Below, one piece after another: positions 13,135 to 31,331 of a DNA stretch of 64,000 nucleotides (positions within the stretch are counted from its first letter, which is position 1; every line of letters starts with the position of its first letter). This stretch comes from the human T2T-CHM13v2.0 reference genome, Homo sapiens. Under the pieces are notes generated by a model that worked only from the letters and a program-made list of their open reading frames with translations, had not been told where the DNA came from and did no database searches. The DNA lies in the NCBI RefSeq assembly GCF_009914755.1, contig NC_060925.1. One strand, given 5' to 3'. The translations under genes were made by a program, and so were the position numbers.

Positions 13135-13295
13135 GCCTTGCTACTCAAGGTATGGCCTATAGACCAATAACAACAGCATCACCTTGGAGCTTGCTAGGAA
13201 TGCATATTTTAGATCTGTCCCAGACCTATTGACCTAGCATCTGCTTTTTTGCAAAATGTCCAGGTGAACCATATATGCAATTGACATTTGAGAAA
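13135..13295. mobile_element. MER5A/B (hAT-Charlie)
   Basis: 'ctactcaaggtatggcc..cagcatcaccttggagcttgctaggaatgca..cccagacctattga..ccaggtga..tttgagaa'. Confidence 0.8.
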
Positions 13296-13620
13296 ATGAT
13301 ATAAAGCATGAATAGAAGGCAACCAGGTAAAAGAATCTGAAAAATAGAATGGAGGTAGGAAATAGAAGAGAGAACTACATGAATAGAAGTAGTAGAGGGA
13401 AAAGTTAATATAGTACTTGGAGTTAACCACAATGAGCTTAGGGTCATTAATTTTTAGATGTAGTTTCCAATTTTTTAAATATTCAGAAAATTTAATCCAT
13501 CTAATATTACCAATGCAAGTATAGCCGTACGTAAGTAGAAGAACTAACATTGACTGCCTACTGTGTTCCAGTCACTGTCCTGATGTTCTGTTAGGTTGTC
13601 ATCTATAGTGCTGTACAGGT

Positions 13621-14143
13621 TGTTCCATTTGTGTATGGCTGCTTAACAAACTACTTTAAAACTCTGTACATTAAAACAACCACCACTTTATTATATTTCC
13701 CCGATATTATGGGTCAGAAATTTGGGCAGGGCTCTGCTGGGCATTTCTTCAGCTTCACACTGGGTCACTCAATGTTATCCAGCTGGTAGATGGGCTGGTT
13801 TCTGGGGTCCAAAGTGGCTTGACTCACATATCTTGGTACCTTGGTGGAGGGGCTGGAAGCCTGTGTTCAGTTGTGTCCCACTTCTCTTGTGTTCTCACTG
13901 CCTCTCCATGTGGCTTCTCTAATGAGGAAATCAACCTTCTTGGCTTAGGGCTCCAAGAGACTAAGATAGAAACTTCTAGTTCTCTTCAAGGGTAGGCCCA
14001 GAACTAGCAAATTTCACTTCTGCCCCACTCTACTAGCCAAAGTTGTAACAGGCCAGCCCAGAATTAAGAGGAGGAGAGAATAAAATCCCACCTCTCAATG
14101 GAAGGAATGTCAATGAATTTGGAGCCATCTTCAATTCACCACA
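13621..14143 (-). mobile_element. MLT1H-like MaLR LTR inserted into a MIR
   Basis: 'tggctgcttaacaaactac..gggtcagaaatttgggcagggctc..ggccagcccagaattaagagg..gccatcttcaattcaccaca'; MIR halves at ~13540-13600 and ~14150-14330. Confidence 0.8.
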
Positions 14144-15161
14144 TAGACACTAATTAATTTATTCCCTCAATAACCCTGACATAGTTGTTACATTTTTAGT
14201 TTGCATGTAAAGAAATGGAGACACAGTATGGTTAAGTAATTTCCCCAAGGTCAATGCTTAGTAAGGGAAAAAGTCAAGGTTGGAATCCAGCTGGTTTGAC
14301 TCCACCATACCTAACCACTGTACCATTACTGCCTCTCCCTAGGGAGGCCGTACTTACTAAAGAATTAGAGTATATTTCTATAGTTTTAAACCACAGGGAA
14401 GAGCCTCTTCCCAGCCTCCCATTGGCTAACTCATTGTCCACAACACATGTGTTGAATAGCACACTTACACTCTTAATACCCTGGTTTGAGCCTCACATTT
14501 TTAAAGAGCTTTTGACCTCTTCTTTCTGTGTCCAGTAAGTAACCCTAGCCCAGGTGCAGAGGATCCAGCAGCAGATTAAATGCATTTCAGATAACTAGAA
14601 GACACAACCCTGCCTTCTCTGCCCCCACTACTCTCCTGGATTGTTGAAGGATTATTTACTGTGTTTGCCTTGACTTGAGCTATTTAATGTTTCCAAAACA
14701 GATGCAGCCGATTGATTAATGGCATTCCCCACTAAAAGTCAGAAATGTCAGAAACACGCGTAGAAGCCAGTGTCATTCTGGACTAGAACAATAGATACGG
14801 CTGAGAAACAGGGACCCACGCCAAGTATTCTTGAGGCTAGGAGTTCATGTGTCACTCTTCTGCTAAGAGACAGGTATATATAAGGGCAGGGAAAGCAGGA
14901 GTTTGTGGGTGGGGGGTGGGTTGGGGATGGCTAGGCATGTGCTAATAATAGGATGGGTCACATGACGCCTAAGTCACCTCAAAAGAAGCTTAGTTGGTGA
15001 AGGTGAATTAAAGTGCTCGGAATTAAGGACATTTCTTCAAATATTCCCTGACGTGTAAAAATAGACTGAAGGAACTAACATGTGTGATGAAGAGAGAATT
15101 GTGAGTTTAGACTGACCTCTGTTCAGAGGGCTTTTGTGATTTGCTAGGGGATAGTTAAGAG

Positions 15162-15332
15162 CAGGACCAGCTACATAATTTGTAGGGCCTAATGCAAAGT
15201 GAAAATGTGGGGCCCTTTATTCCAAAAATATAAGGTATTTTAAGATGGCAACTGCAGAGCATTAAAGTGTGGGCCCTTCTGAACACAAGCCCTAGGTGAC
15301 TGTGCAGGTACCATACCCTGAAGTCGGTGCTG
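15162..15332. mobile_element. MER45A (hAT-Tip100) with 8-bp TSD
   Basis: 'caggaccagctacataatttgtagggcc..tgcaaagtgaaaatg'; TSD GTTAAGAG (15154-61) / GTTAGGAG (15333-40). Confidence 0.88.
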
Positions 15333-16719
15333 GTTAGGAGAACGTGATGCCCTATTTCTTTTAAGGATGGTGCAGCAACGAATGAATCTGGCAAGGATCT
15401 GAAGGGCTGGCCGACCCTGGGCAAAACTGTGGAAAGGACAGCCTGTTTGGGATCACTGTGTTAGCCCTGTATGCCCCTTCCTCTGCCCCTCCAAGCCTCT
15501 TCCTTCTTGTTACTTGGAGTTCCCCAACTCTCTCACCTCCTCATCTCCTCCCCTCAGAAAACCTGCCCACAGGACAGGATCTAAAAGAGTTCCAGACACT
15601 GAGGTGTACCTGACGAAATACTTGAAATGTTCCCCCTGCATATTTGTACTTCCACCAATGTTTAAGCCTTGGGAAAAAGCAATAATGGAATTTTAGGCAT
15701 TACCCTGCTCGGGGACAAGTAATGTCTTTTTTTTTTTTTTTTTAAGCTCTGAAGTTTGTGCAGCACCCTTGAGATCACACTGTTACAGGCATGTACTTAT
15801 TTTGCCAGTCGTGGAGGCCAGTGGCTTTCTGCTATCAGGGGCATTTATCCCTGAGAATGCAAGTTGCAGCCTCCTCTTTTGTGAATTGGAACTGGAAAGA
15901 CCCTTTCTCCCATGTCAGTGGGCCGGACAGTAGGGCATGCTTAATTCCACAGGAAGTATCTACAGACTAAATTCCATTCGGTTGCACGTTTGTAGTCTCA
16001 GTGTCTCCCTCCATCCCTGCCCCTCCCGCTCCAGTGCCCACTCAGCTGTTTCACAGTGCACAGCTCACGACTCCTGAGCTGCCCTTTCCTTGACACTCTC
16101 TCTGAATACCAGCGGCACCCCTGCAGTCGGCTGCACGTATGTCTCTGGGCATTCCCTCCCCCTGACCCCCATAGGCACTTGATCCTGTGGGGGTCTTGCT
16201 GCTAGAAGGGACGGGGCTGGGAAATCACCTCTGGTCACCCCAAACCAGGCTTTGCTCCCTTTCTCTTGAACCTGCTGTGGCTTGCTTGTCCTTTCCCGGG
16301 CTTAATGTCAAAGGAAACGCCTTCTAAAACCACAAACCACTAGGGCCTCCCTTATTTCTCAGATTGACTTGGCTTCTAGGCAGTGGTTGTGGCCTACAAA
16401 GCCACGGCGTGAGTCCAGGAGAAAATCATTTCAGTCGCGCGAGGCCAGACAGCAGCTCAGCCTCACAGAGGAGGTTAATAATAGGGCCCGTCCTAGAGGC
16501 AGTCCAGGAAAGCCTTTGGAACTTTCTATCTTCAGATATGCCTCGATCGATCCATTCAGAAGCATTTTGTTCTCTAGGCCCCATCTCTGTGGCAACCTGG
16601 CTGTAGAAGGAAGGCGATTGCAGTTCTGGTTTTGAAACATCGGGCATGACTGTTGTAGGGTTTGAAGCCAAAACACATGGAGTAAATGAAAACCTCTGAC
16701 TCACCAGGAATCACTCTTC

Positions 16720-18060
16720 GTTTTCAGACACATCAATCAGTCTGTCAACAGCATTGACTGAAGGTCTATTCTGTGAAGAACCATGGATGGGCACTGTGGG
16801 GAGATTTGCGGAACCGTGTATTAATAGTTTCATTCATCCATCCATTTATCTCGCCATTTAACTCAATTTAGTGAATTGAGTCAATCAGAAATACCCACTG
16901 AGCCTTACTAGCCACAAAACCCTGCCCTCGAGGGATGCCGGAAATATAAAGAGAGATAGCAATGTGTAAAAAGTCACCCATAAGCGCTTACAGTCTAATG
17001 AGGGACTGGTGGCAAAGGCAAATACATAAATAGATAAGACCAGGCAAACTATGACAAACATCACAAGAGAAGTTGACCAGGGGTGTTTCAGAGATTCAGA
17101 AAAGGGAACTGTCATACTGAGTTGGAAGAATTACAGAATGCAGTTCCTTATTAGGAACTCATTATTAGGCATATTAGCTATTCAGTGAGTATATGTTGAA
17201 AATTGTCATATAAAATAGGCTTGGATATAGGTTTTAGAGGTCTACCAGGAAATTAATAGGCAGAGGCAAGGGCAAGGCAGAGGTACAGTAGGTGGCAAAG
17301 ACTGCTAGCAACACATCCGCTGAGGTCTGTGGAGGGCAGCAAGGTGCTGTGTGTATTCACCTGTCATCTTACCTTCCATCCACCTGCCCGAGATGTCGCA
17401 CTGGGCAGTGAGGGGCAAAACCAGGGTTACCGCTGGACACTGAAGAAGCAGTGAGGTTCTAGAAAATATTTGCAAGCTAAAAAGCAGCATTGTGTGTGGA
17501 GGGGCAACAGAATTGAGGTGTGATGGTTCACTGGAGACTTCATTACAGATGGGGAAGTGGTCAGAGGTAGAACAAAAACCGCAGGGCAGAGCCAGAGCCT
17601 GGGTAAGCAGACAAGGAGGCTGGATATAGATGCTGAGAGGTGACCACTGAGGCTCTGTGACCTAACCTCCAGACAGGCACTTGGGCATGGCACTAACTTT
17701 AAAGGGCTGGCATATGATACTACCTACATATTAAGCACTTGCTGTGTACTCAGCATTGTGCCAGGTGAGAAAAAGGTCATTTCGTGTTTGGAGTAAATGC
17801 AATGTATGAAATGTATGTATGCAATGATCTTTGTCCTGACAGAGCTTAGAATCCAGTTGAGCAAGCTAGGATGGGTAGAAAGGAAACAAGAAGAGGAGAC
17901 TATGAAAGCGATTGCCAGAGTGTACATGGAAGGGCTGAATAGTTGCAGGACTTGAAAGGATTAACTGCAGTCCAAACTGACTTCATAAATATTGAAGGGC
18001 TTCCTGGTTGCAAAAGCAGTCATGGAGAGCTTGTTGGAGGAGGTGAGATTTGAACCAGCC
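16720..18060 (-). mobile_element. L2 LINE fragments
   Basis: 'ttcattcatccatccatt', 'cctgccctcgagg', 'gcttacagtctaatg', 'tattaagcacttgctgtgtac..cattgtgccagg', 'ttggaggaggtgagatttgaac'. Confidence 0.6.
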
Positions 18061-18229
18061 TTTCAGTAGTGGCTAGTCAGGGATGTCCAGGCTGGATGGT
18101 CAGGCCTGGGCTGGGGAACTCTGCCTCAGCCTACAGCACTGCCCATAGGCCCAGCCACCCACTACGCTTAATAGCCAGGAGGCTGAGCAGGTCTGAGGAG
18201 GCTTCTGGACCTGTGGTGCTCAGGATCCC

Positions 18230-18431
18230 TCTTTTTGCCGTGTTCTCACTTGGTGGAAGGGGCGAAGGAGCTCTCTGGGGTCTCTTTTATAAGGGCACTA
18301 ATCTCCTTCATGAAGTCTCTGACTTCAAGACCTAATTGCCTTCCAAAGCCTCACCTCCAAATACCATTACATTGGGGATTAGGTTTCAAGATATCAATTT
18401 GAGGGGCGACATAAACATTCAGTCTATAGCA
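18230..18431 (-). mobile_element. MLT1A/A0 MaLR LTR part
   Basis: 'gagctctctggggtctcttttataagggcactaatc..cctccaaataccattacattggggattaggtttcaa..aacattcagtctatagca'. Confidence 0.9.
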
Positions 18432-18468
18432 TAGATTAAGCATGTTCCCTCTTAAAAGTTATTTATTT

Positions 18469-18646
18469 ATTTATTTTGTTTTGTTTCTTTTCCAAGACAG
18501 AGCCTCACTCTGTCGCCCAGGCTGGAGTGCAGTGGTGTGATCTCCATCACTGCAAATTTCCACCACCCGGGTTCAAGCGATTCTCCTACCTCAGCCTCCC
18601 GAGTAGCCCGCCTTGGCCTCCCAAAGTGCTAGGACCACGCCTGGCC
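18469..18646 (-). mobile_element. AluS with two internal deletions, 15-bp TSD
   Basis: Right arm joined to the left-arm 5' end at 'gagtagc|ccgccttggcc'; TSD AAAAGTTATTTATTT at 18454-68 and 18647-61. Confidence 0.92.
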
Positions 18647-18659
18647 AAAAGTTATTTAT

Positions 18660-18917
18660 TTTTAAAACACAAGTAATATAGTAATAACATTTCAGTGTAA
18701 AAAAAGAAAAAGAAAAAAAAGCAGTTTCTTTAGATGCTTCCTATTCCACCTATTCTCACAGAAAGTCCTGTTCCTGATTTATTGTATGTCTTAGAGACTT
18801 TGTACTATATTTTTATATGTGTGTACTTATGCAATATTCTTTTTAATATATAAATGGTAACATGCAGTATGGAAAGATTTGAAATTTGCTTTTGTTTCCC
18901 CATTTACAAATATGTCT
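18660..18917 (-). mobile_element. Ancient L1 (L1ME-like) 3' region, host of the L1PA insertion; continues at 24865-25250
   Basis: Degenerate L1M 3'UTR motifs ('taaatggtaacatg', 'tgatgaactttaggatgtttacaatttt') that continue across the L1PA TSD. Confidence 0.6.
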
Positions 18918-19139
18918 TGGGGCTCTTTTTTTTTATTATACTTTAAGTTTTAGGGTACATGTGCACAACGTGCAGGTTTGTTACATATGTATACATGTGC
19001 CATGCTGGTGTGCTGCACCCAGTAACTTGTCATTTAACATTAGGTATATCTCCAAATGCTATCCCTCCTCCCTCCTCCGACCCCACAACAGTCCCCGGTG
19101 TGTGATGTTCCCCTTCCTGTGTCCATGTGTTCTCATTGT

Positions 19140-23117
<3,978 letters not shown>

Positions 23118-23180
23118 TATGATGTTAGCTGGTTATTTTGCTCGTTAGTTGATGCAGTTTCTTCCTAGCCTCGACGGTCT

Positions 23181-24190
23181 TTACAATTTGGCATGTTTTT
23201 GCAGTGGCTGGTACCGGTTATTCCTTTTCATGTTTAGTGCTTCCTTCAGGAGCTCTTTTAGGGCAGGCCTGGTGGTGACAAAATCTCTCAGCATTTGCTT
23301 GTCTGTAAAGGATTTTATTTCTCCTTCACTTATGAAGCTTAGTTTGGCTGGATATGAAATTCTGGGTTGAAAATGCTTTTCTTTAAGAATGTTGAATATT
23401 GGCCTCCACTCTCTTGTGGCTTGTACAGTTTCTGCCGAGAGATCAGCGCTTAGTCTGATGGGCTTGCCTTTGTGGGTAACGTGACCTTTCTCTCTGGCTG
23501 TCCTTAACATTTTTTCCTTCATTTCAACTTTGGTGAATCTGACAATTATGTGTCTTGGAGTTGCTCTTCTCAAGGAGTATCTTTGTGGCATTCTCTTTAT
23601 TTCCTGAATTTGAATATTGGTCTGCCTTGCTAGATTGGGGAAGTTCTCGTGGATAATATCCTGCAGAGTGTTTTCAACTTGGTTCCATTCTCCCCGTCAC
23701 TTTCAGGTACACCAATCAGACGTAGATTTGGTCTTTTCACATAGTCCCATATTTCTTGGAGGCTTTGTTTCTTTTTATTCTTTTTTCTCTAAACTTCTCT
23801 TCTCACTTCGTTTCATTCATTTGATCTTCCATCACTGACACCCTTTTTTCCAGTTGATCAAATCGGCTACTGAGGCTTCTGCATTCGTCATGTAGTTCTT
23901 GTGCCTTGGTTTTCAGCTCCATCAGGTCCTTTAAGGACTTCTCTGCATTGGTTATTCTAGTTAGCCATTCATCTAATTTTTTTTCAAGGTTTTTAACTTC
24001 TTTGCCATGGGTTCGAACTTCCTCCTTTAGCTCGGAGTAGTTTGATCATCTGAAGCCTTCTTCTCTCAACTCGTCAAAGTCATTCTCCATCCAGCTTTGT
24101 TCCATCGCTGGTGAGGAGCTGTGTTCCTTTGGAGGAGGAGAGGTGCTCTGATTTTTAGAGTTTTGTTTTTCTGCTCTGTTTTTTCCCCAT
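23181..24190 (-). pseudogene. L1 ORF1p remnant (frameshifted)
   Basis: ORF 23181-23591 'RRATPRHIIVRFTKVEMKEKML..YPAKLSF..QKHAKL'; ATG at 24190. Confidence 0.95.
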
Positions 24191-25299
24191 CTTTGTGGTT
24201 TTATCTACCTTTGGCTTTGATGATGGTGATGTACAGATGGGGTTTTGGTGTGGATGTCCTTTCTGTTTGTTAGTTTTCCTTCTAACAGTAAGGACCCTCA
24301 GCTGCAGGTCTATTGGAGTTTGCCGGAGGTCCACTCCAGACCCTGTTTTCCTGGGTATAAGCAGCGGAGGCTGCAGAACAGCAGATATTGGTGAACAGCA
24401 AATGTTGCTGTCTGATTGTTCCTCTGGAAGTTTTGTCTCAGAGGAGTACCTGGCCGTGTGAGGTGTCAGTCTTCCCCTACTGGGGCATAGGACCCTCTGA
24501 GCCAGGTGTGGGATATAATCTCCTGGTGTGCCGTTTGCTAAGACAGTTGGAAAAGCGCAATATTAGGGTGGGAGTGACCCGATTTTCCAGGTGCCATCTG
24601 TCACCCCTTTCTTTGACTAGGAAAGGGAATTCCCTGACCTCTTGCACTTCCCTGGTGAGGCGATGCCTCACCCTGCTTTGGCTCATGCTCTGTGTGCTGC
24701 ATCCACTGTCCTGCACCCACTGTCTGTCACTCCTCAGTGAGATGAACCCAGTACCTCAGCTGGAAATGCAGAAATCACCCATCTTCTGTGTCGTTCACGC
24801 TGGGAGCTGTAGACTGGAGCTGTTCCTATTCGGCCATCTTGGCTCCACCAATCTGGGGCTCTTTCTATGCCAAAAAAAAAAAAAAATAGATTTACTCTAT
24901 TCCTCTTACAGGGTGTATTGTATTCTAGTGAGTAGGTATATTTTCTTGGCTGTTCCTTTACTGATGAACTTTAGGATGTTTACAATTTTTTGTGATTACA
25001 AACAATGTCAGAATGAAGATACCTGTAAAAACCTCATTGAATATGTATATGAATGTTTTTCTATACAAAAATTATAATCACTGGGCCATTAAGTATATTT
25101 AATATTCTAATAGTTAAATTTTCTTTTTAAATGGCTTACCAATTTAATCTTCCACCAGTAGCCTTCTAGTGTATTGATTTTCCCCAAAATCTTGTCTTGA
25201 TAAGTGTGTTGATTTTTGCTAATCTAATGGGTATAAAAATGGGGCTTCTCTCTTTATGTTTTAAGTTAAAATATAACATTATTTTTAAAAATATGGGTT

Positions 25300-25757
25300 T
25301 TTTGCCCTACAAAACTATATTTTAAAAGTATTACACAGTAAAATTAGCTGTTTTCTTTTTGATGTAGAGTTCTAGAAACTTTAACACATGCACAGTTGGG
25401 ACTCTCTCTCCCCTTTTCCTACCCCTGGCAAACACTGATCTCTTCTCCATCATTGTAGTGTTGTCCTTTTGAGAATGTCACATAAATGGAATCATACAGT
25501 ATGTAACATTTTAAGGTTTGCTTCTTTTATTCAGCATAATGCTTTTGAGATTCATGAGACTTGTTCCATAATATCAAGAGGTTTTTCCTTTTAATTGCCT
25601 AGTAATATTCCACCATACACTTTTATCAGCGTTTGTTTATTCACTCACCCAATGAAGGACATTTGGGGTGTTTCAGTTTTTTGAAATTGTGGATACAGCT
25701 GCTGCAAACATTTGTGTCAGGTTTTTATGTGAACATACGTTTTCATTTCCCTAGAGA
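25300..25757 (-). mobile_element. Old L1 (L1MC/MD-like) 3' part; continues after 31091
   Basis: 'acccctggcaaacactgatc..ataaatggaatcatacagtatg..gagattcat..gaaggacatttggg..gtgaacatacgttttcatttc'; sequence resumes after the TSD. Confidence 0.8.
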
Positions 25758-26074
25758 AAATACCAAGGGGTATCCCCATTCCAAGATAGCCAAATAGGAA
25801 CAGCTCCAGTCTGCAGCTCCCAGCATGATTGATGCAGAAGACAGGTGATTTCTGCATTTCCAACTGAGCCTCCACTGGTGATACCCAGGCAAACGGGGTC
25901 TGGAGTGGACATCCAGCAAACTCCAACAGACCTGCAGCTGAGGCACCTGACTGTTAGAAGGAAAACTAACAAACAAAAAGGAATAGCATCAACATCAACA
26001 AAAAGGACATCCACACCAAAACCCCATCTGTAGGTCATCAACATCAAAGACCAAAGGTAGATAAAACCACAAAA

Positions 26075-27100
26075 ACCAGGAGAATCTAGAGCAGAAAAGC
26101 TGAAAATTCTAAAAACCAGAGCGCCTCTTCTCCTCCAAAGGATCGCAGCTCCTCGCCAGCAATGGAACAAAGCTGGATGGAGAATGACTTTGATAAGTCG
26201 ACAGAAGCAGGCTTCAGAAGGTTGGTAATAATGAACTTCTCCGAGCTAAAGGAGGATGTTCAAACCCATCGCAAGGAATCTAAAAACCTTGAAAAAAGAC
26301 TAGATGAATGGCTAAGTAGAATAAACAGTGTAGAGAAGACCTTAAATGACCTGATGGAGCTGAAAACCATGGCATGAGAACTACGTGACGCATGCACAAG
26401 CTTCAACAGCTGATTTGAACAAGTGGAAGAAAGGGTATCAGTGATTGAAGATCAAATTAATTAAATAAAGTGAGGAGAGAAATTTAGAGAAAAAAGAGTA
26501 AAAAGAAACGAACAAAGCCTCCAAGAAATATGGGACTATGTGAAAAGACAAAATCTACGTTTGATTGGTGTACCTGAAAGTGACGGGGAGAATGAAACCA
26601 AGTTGGAAAACACTCTTGAGGATATAATCCAGAAGAACTTCCCCAACCTAGGAAGGCAGGCCAACATTCAAATTCAGGAAATACAGAGAACACCACAAAG
26701 ATACTCCTTGAGAAGAGCAACCCAAAGACACAAAATTGTCAGATTCACCAAGGTTGAAATGAAGGAAAAAATGTTAAGGACAGCCAGAGAGAAAGGTCAG
26801 GTTACCCACAAAGGCAAGCCCATCAGACTAACAGCAGATTTCTCAGCAGAAACTCTACAAGCCAGAAGAGAATCAGGGCCAATACTCAACATTCTTAAAG
26901 AAAAGAATTTTCAACCCAGAATTTCATATCCAGCCAAACTAAGCTTCATAAGTGAAGGAGAAATAAAATCCTTTACAGACAAGCAAATGCTGAGAGATTT
27001 TGTCACCACCAGGCCTGCCTTACAAGAGCTGCTGAAGTAAGCACTAAACATGGAAAGGAACAACCGGTACCAGCCACTGCAAAAGCATGCCAAAATGTAA
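26075..27100 (+). pseudogene. L1 ORF1p remnant (start codon lost, internal stops)
   Basis: 'MEQSWMENDFD..', 'NLRLIGVPESDGEN..YPAKLSF'; usual ATGGGG start replaced by 'accagg'. Confidence 0.93.
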
Positions 27101-27162
27101 AACCATCGATGCTAGGAAGAAACCACACCAACTAATGGGCAAAATAACCACCTAATATCATA

Positions 27163-30903
<3,741 letters not shown>

Positions 30904-31090
30904 GTGGGTGGGGGTGGGAGGCAGGGGGAGGGATCGCATTGGGAGAAATACCTAATGTTGGTGACGAGTTGATGGGTGCAGCAAACCAACATGGCACATG
31001 TATACCTATGTAACAGGCCTGCACGTTGTGCTTATATACCCTAGAACTTAAAGTATAATAATTAAAAAAATTAGCAAATACCAAGGGGTA

Positions 31091-31299
31091 GAGCAGGATT
31101 ACTGGTTGAAATGATAAGTTTATATTTAACTGTACGAAACCGTGAAACTATTTTCCAGAGTAGCTGTGTCATTTTGCATTCCCACCAACAATGTAGGAGA
31201 CTTTCAGTTGCTCTGTATCCTCACCACCTAGCCCTTGGTAATGCCAGTACTTTTTATTTTAGCCATTCTAATAAGCATGTAGTGGTATCTCATTATGGC

Positions 31300-31331
<32 letters not shown>

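Noticed and set aside
24388-25077. 229-aa plus-strand ORF
   Set aside because: It is the antisense reading of the deleted L1 5'UTR running into old L1 sequence, with a non-ATG start and no recognisable protein.
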